This document shows, piece after piece, positions 1-13,854 of a stretch of 64,000 nucleotides of DNA. A program made the position numbers and the translations under genes. Location of the stretch: positions 16,623,903 to 16,687,902 of the forward strand of contig CM082577.2 of the NCBI GenBank assembly GCA_040954595.2. The letters are read 5' to 3'. This DNA is from Balanoglossus misakiensis (lineage: Eukaryota > Animalia > Hemichordata). The notes beneath the pieces were generated by a model, which saw nothing but the letters and a program-made list of their open reading frames with translations, did no database searches and was not told where the DNA came from. The stretch's first letter is position 1; each line of letters opens with the position of its first letter.

Positions 1-2702
1 AAGTCACATGAAAAGTTGTAGCGGATTGGTCAATTTCTGGTTTATAGTGTTATGTTGGCCAGAACCTCGGATAAAAATCGTGAGGCCAGCTCGCAGACAG
101 TACAGTTGGTCGATTAATGCAGTCGGGTCCCCTGCCTCGGATGGTGTGAGATTCCCTCCAAATCTCAAATAATTCGATTATTGCTTTTTGCTATTACATA
201 TTATAATTAGTTTTATCGTTATATGCTAAACATTTTATATTTGCATAGATATGCTGATTATAACAATTATGTGCCCAATTATAAGCAGGTAAAATATCAG
301 GAAGATTTAGCGCAGAATTTTTCAAAGCTTTGTGAATTTAGCGGTGAATTAATAGCAGCTTTATGATAAGAAGCTGAATAATTTGTTGCCAGCCCGAATA
401 CTTTAAAATTCTAGAATATCTAGGACTTATCACCTCTTCGGTGGTAAATGCTCTGATGTGATAAGGTTAGGCCTCGCGAGCGAATCCGTGAGCTTCTTCT
501 AAAAAACAAAATTAATTTTTGGGGGGATGTTTAGCTTTTGCTTCAATTGGGCTCTTTGAGTGACGTTTATTGATCCGTTATTGATCGTACATTTCCTGTA
601 ATTTGCATTTGCATCACCACCACCTGGTATGTACTATAAAAGTCCCTCAAATTTATGCCACGCGGTTCTTCGATTCATTTCGTTACGCATAATCGTGCGA
701 TTCCGTTGTGGCAGTTATATGGTCCGTAGAAGACGGTGATTTTGGAGGCCTACTCCTCTCTGTTTGACTGTGTGACTTTCCTGTGAATGTTATACCAGCA
801 TTTGTAAATATTCATAAGCTCGAACTGGACATTTACATTGTAACACCGTACAAACTCTGCTAAATGCATAAAAACTCATTGAATCCGTTTTTGATGCGGA
901 CAAAATACGATAATTACATTTTTCGTGAACAAGGAATTTAGTGTTGAACTTCAATTATTTACTGCAATTTTGTTTGTACGACGGGGTTTTCTTTGTAATC
1001 GTTCCCCATGTGTGTCTATATTTGTGGAATAAATACTGGCTGCATACTGGAAATATTGAGTGCTGTACGTTCCCTGGCCCGGAAGTGACGTGTGAATATG
1101 AGCGACCTCCATTGGAGAGAACCCTTGGTCACATTCTATACGATTGATCAGGCGAGCTTCCATACCTGGAGGGTTAAATAAAAGAATTGTGCAAAATTAA
1201 TTATATGTCGGAATAACACATACATCATGGTAATAAAAGACGATAGTCACTCTTAAATGTTTCGTAGCATAATCAAGAACTTAAAACAAACTGCAATTCT
1301 ACGGACCCGCAAAATTTCCTGACGGACCAATCACCCAAAACCTACTTGGAGGTGGTGAAACCACGACGCATTGAACTTAAAAAGAGAAAAACCCAGAGGA
1401 AATTCCTGCAGACTCGTGTATCCCAAGACATCCTCGTTCACTTCCTTGGTGTGAAAAACCCGCAGATTGAACCATGACATACGGGTTCAAATTAGCTTTT
1501 TTCAAAGCAGTCTTTATCAGTCTCATGGTGGCAAGGGATGTGTCCGGATCGTTCAGTCACATGTATTTGTCGCAATTCAGTTGTGGGCACAGATGCAATA
1601 TTTAACGAAATTTATCTCAAAATGGAGCGCGGTGACCATGCGATTATATTTGACTCAGCTATGTGTAAAATTTCGTGAAAATGGCAATAGTAGAAGTTTG
1701 ATTTTTAGAAATTATCAATGCAATCCTATGGAAAGAGACACATGCGCACTGTTTACCAATGTGCGCGCAGATTTACATTTTGACACCTCGGGCGTATTAT
1801 GAATAACCATTCAGCACACGGTTATCTGGGACAGTGTCTGTGATGAGGCACAAGGACTTGTTTTTGAGCACCCTTCTCAAACCGTAAAATGCAAAGCCTA
1901 AGTTTCACTGCTATATCAGAGAGATTTACGAAGGGGGTATTTTAAAATGTATTAAAAATTTCAATTGCCAACTTCGAGATAATGCGGCTCGCTAATAGGC
2001 CTATAAGAACAATGAAGATAACTGAAGCGAGCAACTTGAGTAGGCAGACCTGTGGCAAATGTTAACATACTTTAGAACCTCATGATACTATGAAAGCAAA
2101 CCTTTTTGCATGGTCTTGTATAACCTAAGGTCAAAGTGGAATAATACAAACTGTGAGACCTTCTTATTTGTCGAAGCGGATTATATTTATACTATTCAAT
2201 TACCCAAGAATATTATGTATTATGAGGCATTCTACCCAATACACGGTGGTCTCAATTGAAACGTAATACGCTGGGAAATGTTCTTTTTAAGATAGTGAAT
2301 AGTGTTTCATCGGTTCCCACTAAGATACTCTTACCTGAACAAATGTACGCTTTACACAATTCTACACTAAATGTGTGTTGCTTGGCTACGTTTGGATACC
2401 CAAAGTAATTTTCTTTCTGTGTACAAGGTGGTATGACCGTCGGTGACAGACAAAAACACATAATAGCCCTCAAAACCTTCCAAGCCTTGCAATATTAAAA
2501 TGTGCTGCGTGGCATTTTGAAAACAAAGAAAAAAACTAGATTCACTTGTTTGATATCACCAGACTTGCCGACGTCACCCCAAGTGTGAGACGCTCCTCGA
2601 AAGTGAAGCACTGTGATAGAATGGAATGGAACGAAACTGAAGTTATTTCGCTTACGAGATGAAAAACAGTAAAGTAGCACCATTTAGTGATGAGGTAAGA
2701 GG

Positions 2703-2957
2703 AAAGCCTCTACAAAACAATAGAAAGCCACTATAAAGCAATCACTTTTAAAAATGCCGAGTAAATCGAGAGGTTGAAATCAGGGTGTAGATATCGAAGT
2801 TCGTAATTCGATTTTCGAAATTCGAATTACGAACAGGGTCTCAAGTGTTTACCAATAGTGTGCTCTTTTACTGGAATGCTAGGGAGCTAGCCACGAACTG
2901 TTGCTACATCATAACATGTGTGACCGTCTTGACATCAACGGAAAGCGTTACCATTGG
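2703..2957 (+). repeat. Left terminal inverted repeat
   Basis: Inverted copy of 14836-15090; contains the internal palindrome gttcgtaattcgattttcgaaattcgaattacgaac (~2798-2833). Confidence 0.9.
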
Positions 2958-4403
2958 AGATCCATTATTTTGTGGCGTTAAACCAGCGCGGGTAACTTTC
3001 CCGCCATACGTATTACACTGTTGTGAACTCTTAGCCAACATGTTCGCTCAAGAAAGAGGATGGAATTTTGGCGCGTACAAATAAAAGAAAGCGAGACGAC
3101 GCGACGTACCGTCCTGAGTGGGTGGTGCTTTCAATAGATCAATGCAGAGAAAAATGAGGTGAACTATTGGATATCGGGGGGGGGGGGGATAGAAAATTAA
3201 CAGATGTTTTCAGGGGGCGAGTACAAGTGGGTTCCAGTTAGCCTCGGGTGAAAAGAAGGAGAAAAAGATATCAAGGAAGCATGATTATCGTGCATCATGA
3301 TGATGCACGAAAAACGATAGAATTACCAGTAAATAACAGCAATAATAATAATACGGAAAGTACGAATTGCCGGCAATGAATTACCACCATCTTTTTAGTA
3401 GAGATATGAAGGAACCCCCCCCCCCCAAACCAATAACCCATGTCCGAAACCGGATACAAGATTATCCACTCCTTTATTGGCAACATACGAGAATTGTACT
3501 GCCACTGTTTCTTTCAAGAACTTTTAATCGATAGGTTTGCAGTCATTTTAATATCACTACAGGAATATGGAACATCCACACTCTGGTTAAACAAGGCACT
3601 TCCTACGGCAAAATCAGCAGCCTGTTAACTGCCCGATACCCAAACATGAGCACAGGTGGCTGTCATTGGTTATCCCTAAGAACGAGCACGAAGTGCGAGA
3701 AGGTCTGAAACGACTTTCGGACACAGTTCAATAAAACGTAACGAAAAAAAAAAAAAATCAATTTTGAGCGACCAAATACATACCCAGAACGATAAAATAT
3801 TCTACTGTGCATTTAATCGCCACCTTCATTAGGTTCCTTATCAGCACTAGCGTGAGTATTTCCCCAAAACTAACAACTGGGACAAAATGTACAAATGCTA
3901 CACAGATCGCCGCCATCTTGAACTACCATATCATCATACTGCGCATGCGTAAGCGTTTACGCATTCACGTTAATTTATTCACGATCTACGTTCTAAAGAT
4001 GGAGGCCATGGAAGAGGCTGTAGTGAACGGACACAATGTCATCATTCTCGGCCAGGCAGGGACTGGTAAAACCCATGCATGTGATAAAAAAATTAGCCAA
4101 AAAAATCAAAGGCAAATATACTATGACAGCTACAACAGGAATTGCAGCCAGTCTCCTGCCTGGTGGGCAAACGATACATCATTTCCTTGGCCTTATATGG
4201 ATGGGCGATTCACTAACACAGAACTCGTTGGAAAGATCAATCACGATACCGAAATGTGTCGTCTAAAAGACAACATATTAAACACCGACGTTTTGTTTAT
4301 TGATGAAATATCGATGTTGTCAGCTAAGACGTTTACACAGGTACGTAAAAAAGTCAAATCAATTTCAAAAAATTCCCAAACAAAACTAAATTGTTTCCCT
4401 GTT

Positions 4404-4593
<190 letters not shown>

Positions 4594-6418
4594 ACATGTA
4601 TAGAAAGAGAGAGAGGAGGAATTCTAATTCAAGAAACTCCCAATGAATCTAATTCTAAAAGAAACTATCTTTGTGTGTAAACATTGTTACTTTTGATATA
4701 TATTTTTATATTTTTTCTATATTTTTGTACATTCGCTTACTGTCATTAGTATTTAATATAAATTTGTTGTTTTAATATTTTTTTCTAGATTGAAACTGTG
4801 TGTCGGCTAGTGAAAGGTGTTAACCTTCCCTTTGGAGGAATTCAAATCGTACTGAGTGGAGACTTTAATCAGTTGAAGCCTGTGCCAAATGTTAGGTACA
4901 ACGACCCAGGATCATTGTGTATAGATGCTGCACAGTTCAGTGTGTTGATTCCTCATCATTTTGTACTTACAAAAGTACACAGACAGACTGAACGTGAGTT
5001 TATATAAAGGCCACTGGTCCATTTTTTTATTAAGAAAACATACGAACAATTTACATTGGGCAATGCATTACCGATTTATCAACTTAATTGTCATTTGTTT
5101 CATTTGTACAGCTGATCTGATTGAGGCAGTACACCTCTGCTGTCCAGGACGGATTTCAGATAGTGTAACTAAGTTACTAACTCGTCTGAGTAGAAAACTG
5201 CCACCTGGACCGATGGCAATGGAAGGTATGTATTGTGTATACACAAGATGATGAAATATTCACATTGCAATATTGTATTTAATATATATATGTAATTTTC
5301 AGTCTAATACAGTCTGTTCACTGTTTTCATGTAATTTTCACAGCCTAGCTTATACAGTGTGTTCATTGTGTTCGTGTCCATATGAGTTCAATCCTTGTTA
5401 GCCTTGTTTACATAAAAGTTGAAGGGTTTTGCAACTGACAATCCTGCATTAGACTTTCTCCCTCTGGATATTGAAGTCTGTCCTAGTATTACAGCATTTA
5501 CAGATGTGCAGTATGTGGCATAGTTTGGATGCGTTAAAGTTCCATTAAGTAATCCCCTTATTTGGCAAAAGTGGTTCTCTATCACATCTGAATCGAACCT
5601 TGCTGGTACTACATGACTTCCAGGATAAGATGATAGGTGTTTGTCACACACAGCCAAGAATCCTAAAATCAAGGAATCTAGGTCATCTAAGCATTCAGTT
5701 GATGGCAGTTTTCTTGATCGTTTTACCTGCGCTAGTGTACTCTCAAGTGAAGTAACTTGACTTCGCCATTTCAGGAACCAGTTATGTACATCTTTCAATA
5801 CTTCAAGTCTCCCATCAGTCATTGATGTTACAGGTCTTCTGTCACGAAATATAGAAATGAGTTGAGTGGTTTGTTTCAGGAAAGCAATAGTGCCATCTAA
5901 GTGGGTACCATCATCTAGGCTTGACTGGTAGGTCTTCATTAAATGTAGCATTTCACCATTCAGCATGTCTTCTGCTAAATGGTTTCGCATTTTTTCAGCA
6001 TTGTTTGGAGCTAGATGTGTGTCTGTTATTTTGTGGTATATGGGTCGGCTATTCACTTCCCGGTCCCAGATCACAGCACTCTGTAAATGGTCCCAAAGTA
6101 TTTCATTCCCTTGATAGGTCAGTACTCTTGTGTGTTTGCCCTCCTCATGGCCACTGCTCAATACACTATTTCTCAGTTTCTTTACATCATGAGAAAAATC
6201 TTGAACATGAATGATATCTGTACTTGGGTCTATCAAATTTGGGCTTGTGTATTTTGATTCTAGAGGGGAGCCATTGAAGTTGGACTTGATGAATTAACGG
6301 TTTTCTTCTCCGCCATCTTGCATGATGAAGTCAGTGGTGAAGGACCAGTCATGTAACTTTGCAATGATATCCCATAAAATTATGTGTAGTTCAGATGACT
6401 TAATTCCACACGTAGGAT

Positions 6419-9050
6419 CAATCAATCAAAACAAACATTTATAAAGCGCCAGAATCAATAACAATGTTATTTCCAAAGGCGCTGAAAGTATAACATCAGT
6501 GTTCGTAGGCTTTGAGAAATAGAAATGTCTTGAGTTTTTGTTTGAAAATGTTGAGACTAGAAGCGTGTTGAATGTCAGATGGCAGAGAATTCCAAAGTTG
6601 TGGCGCGACAACGGAAAAGGCACGTCCACCATATGTTTTGAGTCTGTACTTTGGTACACACAACTGGTTCCTTGAGCTGGAGCGCAGAGCACGACTAGGC
6701 TTATATGGCTTGATCAGATCCTGAATGTAGACTGGGGCAAGACGGTTGAGAGCCTTGTACGTTAGTAGTAGAATTTTGTAGTCGAGTCTGAGTCGAACTG
6801 GCAACCAATGGAGACTATGAAGAACTGGTGATATGTGGTTTGATTTCCTCGTGCGGGTAATGATTCTGGCTGCTGTATTTTGTGCTTTTTGAAGTAGATT
6901 GATACTGGATTCGGAAAGTCCGTACAGCAATGCATTGCAGTAATCCAGTTTAGATGACAAAACGGCATGTATTACTGTGAGACAAGTTTCCTTACTGAGA
7001 TATCTTCTGATGGATCCAATTCGACGTAAGTTGGCATACATCGACTGACAGGTTATTTGAATATGCTTGTGAAACATGTGAGTATTGTCGAAGGTAACTC
7101 CAATGTTGCGGGCAGATTTAACTGGTTGTATTTTACTTGAGCCAATGGTGATACTGTCGATAGGAACTGGAGAATGGTTAAATTTTGAACGGATGAGAAT
7201 AACTTCTGTTTTGGAGTCGTTGAGTTGCAACATGTTTTCCGTCATCCAGTGCTTGATGTCACAGATACCGGCCTCGATGGAACTGACAGCGGTTGATGAA
7301 TCATTTTGGGAGAAGGACAGGTATAATTGATTGTCATCTGCATATTGGTGAAATTCCAGGTCATGTTGTCGAATAAGTTTCCCTAGTGGAGAGATGTATA
7401 TGGTGAACAAAAGTGGTCCGAGGACTGACCCTTGTGGTACGCCACACTGAAGAGGACGGGGTTTACTGGTGACATTTCCAATAAGTACTGACTGATGTCT
7501 GTCCATGAGATACGATTCGAACCATTTGAGGGCGACATCTGTAATGCCAAGGTCCGAGAGCCGGTTTAACAGTAAGCTGTGGTCAATGGTGTCAAATGCA
7601 GCTGAAAGATCCAAAAGGACAAGTATGACACACTTTCCGGAGTCGAGAGACATGCAAATGTCGTCATGAACTTTCAGGAGAGCGGTTTCAGTACTGTGGT
7701 ATTGTCTGTATGCAGATTGTAGTGGTTCCAATAGTGAGTTAGCGGTGAGATAAGTGGTGAGTTGAGTGGCAATAACTTTTTCCAGGACTTTAGAGAGGAA
7801 TGGTAGATTTGAGACTGGACGGTAATTCTTTAGGATGTTAATGTCCAGAGAAGCCTTCTTGAGTAACCGGGGGGACAACGGCAGACTTGAATGCTGTGGG
7901 TACTTGTCCAGACTGAAGAGAGAGGTTTATTGTCGCAGTTATGTCTTGAAGTAGTGTATCCAGGCATTTCTTCAGTATCGAAGTTGGAAGTGGATCAAGG
8001 CAACATGATTTGGTAGGTGACTGCATGATGAGAGTTTTTATATCTTCTGCTTTTGCTTGGTTGAATGATGAAAATATGGTCGTAGTATTGGTTTCTGTAT
8101 TGATGATCTGTGGGATGTAATTAGTGGAGTTCAGGTTGTCACGAATAATCTTGATCTTGTTTATAAAATAGTCACTGAAACGTTCTGTGAGTTCACCCGG
8201 TGTAGTATGGTCAGGAAGAGATTGTGAATTCTTGGTACAAAGTGTAGAAACTAGTTTGAACAGTGATCGCTGGTTATTGGCATTCTCAGATATGAGGTCG
8301 GAATAGTAGTCACGTTTGGCCTGGCGTATTAATTTGGTCACGTGAAGACACTGTTCTTTGTAGATTTGGCGGTGGATTTCCAGCTTGGTGTTACGCCATT
8401 TACGCTCGGCAGATCTTCTATCCGTCTTTGCTTGTTTAATAGTAGCATTATACCATCTGGTGTCTGGACGAACAGTGACAGTGCGTTTCTTTACTGGTGC
8501 ATGTATATCAAGAAGAGCAGACAGTTTTGAATCATAGGTCGATATGGCTTTATGAATATTTGATGGCAGGTGAAGAAAGTCGGGAATGGATGCAACATCA
8601 TTGATGAAATCACTCATTGGGATAGCAGATATGCATCGATGTGTGACTTGGCGTCTTTCAAGCGGTGGTTTCTGAAATACCAGCCTTGCATGAATTGGAA
8701 AGTGATCTGAAAGACTGTGGCAATCGATGGATATTGCTTTGATGACTTTTTCAGAATTAGTAATTATCAGGTCGAGGGTGTGGCCTTTTACATGTGTTGA
8801 GTCGCTTATCCATTGCTTTAAACCAAATGAGTCGATGAGATCTTTGAACTTCACAGCTGTAGCATTGTGCGGATCATCCAGATGCAAGTTGAAGTCGCCA
8901 ACAATGAACAGGTTGCCTGTATTTGGAACAAGCTTTTCAAGTGTATTTCCAAACTCCGTTAGGAATTGCGATGTTGTAAATTTGTTTTTGTTATTCGGGG
9001 GTGGGCGATAGACGATGAGCAGTTTCAGAGAAATTCCGTTGTGCTGTACA
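6419..9050 (-). mobile_element. 5'-truncated L2/CR1-group LINE (partial APE endonuclease + RT) inserted into the P transposase
   Basis: ORFs 7838-9121 (IVYRPP, GDFNLH, GHTLDLI, SDHF) and 6496-7878 (NYRPVSNL, LLDLSAAFDTIDH, GVPQGSVLGP, YADD), with one frameshift near 7870. (TTGA)n 3' tail at 6419-6428. AGGAT is duplicated at 6414-6418 and 9051-9055; removing the insert restores transposase CHYP|TCGIKSSELH. Confidence 0.93.
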
Positions 9051-12000
9051 AGGATAATGACATATGGGAAAGCGAAAGCCAGTATATCCCAGGAATGTAA
9101 ATTGGATAGCTTCTGTCGCAAGTTTGCGTGTTACTTTCCCCTCTTTCAAGATTTGGAGGTTAAAGGCCTCTTCTCCAATATCCACCCATCCTATAAGCTT
9201 GGGTTGTCCACCCCTCATTGACAAAACAAGATCTTGTTGTACCTTTGTTTCATCGTGGATAAGACCACCAGCCCAGCCATGTTTTGGAATGTTGGCCTCC
9301 TTTGCTGCTTTGTACATCCATTCAAAGACTTTATCATCAATCCCAGGTGTTTTGTGGAACCATATTCTTGTATCGTGTCAGTAGTCTGCCAGATGGCAAA
9401 ATTAACATGTTACTATCTCGTAAATCATGGTAAGTCTTGGGACTTCTCACCCAAATATTTAAACATAAACTTATGATTTCTTTTTTCCATTGCCGTTGGG
9501 TAGGTGTTTTGCAGCGTACAGCATCGTATTGGCTTTGGAGCAGTAACTTCATTTGCTCTGATGCATCTGAAAATATCAGATTTAATATAGAACTGAGGTC
9601 TTGGTGGTCTTCTTCATCAAGTGTTAATTCTTCCTCTGTTTCTGGGGAAGTATCCAGTGAATCATCACTCTTTTGGTTCAAGTTCAGTTGACATCTAAGC
9701 TGACAGTTTCGGCAAGTTTCTGTAAAGCCATACCAGCTCAGTACTTGATCACAACTATTGTGTCGAAACATCTTCTGAAGGGTAATTTTCATTACCTTTA
9801 ACACTAATTTGTTCGACTGTGCATTTATGGAGATAGTTCTTGGGATCTTTAATTTTGTTCAAGTAATTAGCTGCAGCAACACCCTTACAAATCTTAATTG
9901 TCTCCACCACAGACACAATGTCAGCAACTGTCATCTTGTTTAAAGTGGCTAGGTCTGAATCAATACCAATACTACTCAAGTCAATGGCCTTGCCTCTGAC
10001 TTGTAGTTCCCAGTGATATTTATACACAAGAACTTGTTTTAAGATCATATTACCATTGCTTATGATATCTGTAGGAACAGCAAACTGAATGTAATCATTG
10101 TGACATCTTGGTAAAATAACCACTGTATCAGGCATATGGTGTCTGGGATCATTCAAGGAAAGACTGTCAATACAGGTATCTTGTGTGGACACATGCTTCC
10201 ATTCTATACCTCGGTACACCATCACCGTCTTTCTTGTTTTGGAATCGTGCTTAGTATGTTTAGTCATATTGGGAAATAGCTTTTTGAGTGTTCTTCCATG
10301 CACAGATGGTTTTAGGTCAGTGCTTAAAGCATTTTACATTTACCCCATAGCACATCTTGGCGGATAGATCCTGTTTGCGACTCCTTAATATTATCTTTCA
10401 ACCTGTTGAAACAAAAAAGGAAATCAACAGTAAGTATGGTGATGTGAATAAATAATATAGCACACAATTGATTAAATAAATTATTAATTCAAAGTTTTTG
10501 TTTTCCCTTGCAGGTAGAGCAAAGGCATACAAATCTGTAGATTTTGGTGATCCAAAACTGTTAGCAACATGTTCAGCCCCAAAGACTCTACATCTGAATG
10601 TGAGTGCCCCTGTCATTCTGGTTGCTAACATATCAGACAACTTATTCAATGGTCTCCAAGGAGAAGTTGTTGATTTACAGGACGACAAAGTGTCTGTGAG
10701 GTTTCCTACAATTGGAAGATGTATACCATAAGTAGACACAATTTCCAGGTCTACAGTCCTGAAAAAAGATGTGCGGTTGCTAACAGAAAGCAATTTCCAA
10801 TGAAGTTGGCATTTGCCATGACTGTTCATCGGTCACAGGGTCTAACGATTGACAAGGTCGAAGTAGACTGCTGGAACATGACACAGAAGGGACAGATCGG
10901 TGTTGCAATAGGTAGGGCAAAAGTGAAGAAAAGTCTTCGGGTCCTCAACTTCAAGCCAGGTTTTATTTACCCCCAGCCACCTGCAATAACCGAGTTTTAT
11001 AGCAGAGGAAAAGTAACAGCCAAAGATGATCTGTCATGCTGCAGAAGGGAAATTATTCCTGGAACAGTTGATGTTATTGTTGAGAATAAGGAAGAAGACT
11101 TGGAAGATGTACAACCACCCACTGCAGATGAGTTGGACGAACTTCTAGAGGATGTTGATGACCAAGATGGAATCACTGGTACTGACGAACCCTCTATGTC
11201 TAGTAGTAGTGATGGTGGGGGTGGTGATTTTGGTGCTAAGGTTGAAGAAACCTGCCTGCCAGATGATGTCATACCTGACATCGATTTTTACAGGGTTAAC
11301 AGCTATGAAAACCCACTTACTGATGAACAGCGTGATATGAATGCACAACGTTCATACCTTGGTAATGAGAGCCAGAAAGTAAAGGAGTTCTGCCAGATAG
11401 TGTGGCGAAAAATAATCGAAGCATTTGAGAGCTGTATTCCATCCTCCAATCAGAAAGTGAACAACAAACACACAACAGCATTATATAAAGAATTCACCAA
11501 GCTTCTACAGAGTGATGGCTACAAGAAGTGTGTTGGTGTGTTGTTCAATGTGAAGATACCATCATCGCAGCATTTCAGGACCACATTTGTTATGACAAGA
11601 CACATCAGAGAGAGAGTAATCTGTAAGAGTGTGGAGAAAATAAAGGCGAAGGCTGTTGAAAAATGCAGTAAAGGTGGAAAGAAATTCAAAGGTTCATCAG
11701 CTGGACGAGGCAAAATACGATACATTGGTGGTTGGTGCCTGGCCAAACTAAGGTATCAGAAGAAAAAGGGTGTCATCAGAAAACTGTACAAGAAGAAGTG
11801 TGAAAAGCAAATGGAAAGACTTGACACAGAAATAAAGGTATTGGAACAACTGATAGACACAGAAGACAACTTGTTATCAACTTCTGAAGAACAAGACACA
11901 CTAACAGAGACAAGAAGAAAACAATATGCCAGGGGAGGGCTCACCAACATTACAGACAGTGCTTTCCATTTCTTTGAACACTTAGATACAGAAGTGAGAC

Positions 12001-12298
12001 AGTTAGAGAACATGGACAATGTGGCCCTGTATGGTCCAACTCTATACCAATTCATCACAAAGAAAATTAAGAATGATAAAGCTATGGTGGACCAGTGGAT
12101 GTCTCTATTCAACAAGCCTGGCGCAACAGATTCTACTGATGGTGAAGAAACACACGGAATTGACAGTACCAGTAGTGCTGATGACAAAAGTATCGAAAAA
12201 GAAGACAATGGTGACAAGATTGATAATGGTTATGATGTTGGTGTACGAGAAACGGATATTGATGGAGGTGGAAAACATGGTGATGAATTGTCTGGTGG

Positions 12299-12331
12299 TG
12301 ATGGTGATGATGATGATGATAATGGGGATGG

Positions 12332-12362
<31 letters not shown>

Positions 12363-12460
12363 AATGATAATGATGATGATGATGATGATGATAATGATGA
12401 TGATGATGATGATGATGATGAAGATGACGAAGATGATGATGATGACGAAGATGATGATGT

Positions 12461-12491
<31 letters not shown>
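12299..12491 (+). repeat. (GAT)n coding trinucleotide repeat giving a poly-Asp tract
   Basis: In frame within ORF 10719-13097; roughly 60 mostly Asp residues. Confidence 0.95.
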
Positions 12492-13799
12492 ATATCTGGT
12501 CGACAAGACAGACATGATGTTAATGATTTAGGATGTTATGATCAAAAGAATGTTGACAGCGATACATCTGACAATGATACTATAGTTATAGCTTTGTATG
12601 AAGAGGTTATTAATAGGTATGTTAAAATGTCATGTGCATCATTCAGAAAAGAATATTTGAGACGTGTGAAAACAAAAAAAGAGGAAGCACACAGAAAGCA
12701 GGTTAAAATCCGTAAAGGTGGCCCAAGACTCCCAAAGAATACAAGCAGAGTATCCACCATTCCTAAAACCTTTGGTTTCAGTGATATATTAGCAGACAAA
12801 AGTGTTGGGAAAACTAAATCACATACTACACTTCAGACAGAACTTGCATCAAATCCACATTATTTCAACACAAAATCAATCACTAAAAGCCAGTTACAAT
12901 TGTTGTGCAAGTGTTACGAATTAACAATGTCTTCAAAGTTGACAAAATCCCATATAGGTTCTCAGCTAAGGGAGAAAATCATGTCCTCTACAAAAATGAA
13001 CAAACCAGATGTGTTGGGTGGTAAGATTTTATGTTTCAAATACATGTGCAGGTGTTTTCCATGCACAAATTGTTTTAAATTGTTATTTATTTTTTGATAA
13101 AATTGTTGTTAGGTTTGACCACATTTGAGTTAACTTAATGTAGAAGGATAAGGAAAGAATACAGTTCAATCTGTTATGTATTATTACTTTAAGTTGCCAA
13201 ACGGTAAGATTTACCACCTGCATGACATTTCTGCTAACTGCATTATTGTTTTTCAATGTGACATACAATTTGCATGTATCAGTGGCATGGGCATGCTCAG
13301 TTTTGTTTATTTTTTGTAAATGCTGTTTTCAACTTTACTATCAAGTTACAAATAACCATATTCAAATAGAAAGTAATGTTATACATGTACTTTTTTAAGT
13401 TGTTTGTTTTACATACATTGCTAATATTAATCATACATTAAAATATATTTATTCATAATCTCTTGCAGAAATTCAACACAGTTCAGAGCCAACAGGTAGT
13501 AACACAACAGTCTCTCAAGTTCATGCGTCAACATCAGCACCATATACAAAACGAAGACGTGTGGTGAAATGGCCTTGTGGAAAATGTGGAGATTGCTGTC
13601 TGGCCAACAGTATTTGTTGTGACAAGTGTGACAAGTGGTTCCACTACGCTTGTGTTAATATCAACGAAGATGTTATCGATTCTTTAGAAGATGAAACATG
13701 GTATTGCTCCAACTGTCTAAAATGAGAACATTTTGAGGGATTTAAAATGCTTCTTAGAACTCTACTAGACATGGTGAAATGTGTGATCATGTAAACATG

Positions 13800-13806
13800 T
13801 GCGTGC

Positions 13807-13838
<32 letters not shown>

Positions 13839-13854
13839 GTGAGTGTGTGTGTGT
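13800..13854. repeat. (GT)n microsatellite
   Basis: Imperfect GT run next to the predicted transposase splice donor. Confidence 0.9.

Noticed and set aside
1-1600. Possible LTR or long terminal repeat (TATA-like at ~635, AATAAA at ~1177) and short ORFs
   Set aside because: No second copy, PBS/PPT or recognisable protein motif within the window.
2695-2702. 8-bp target-site duplication for the large TIR element
   Set aside because: Left flank gtaagagg does not match right flank cgattcaa; no TSD can be claimed.
12019-12531. Poly-Met and poly-Ile ORFs
   Set aside because: Alternative frames of the (GAT)n poly-Asp tract.
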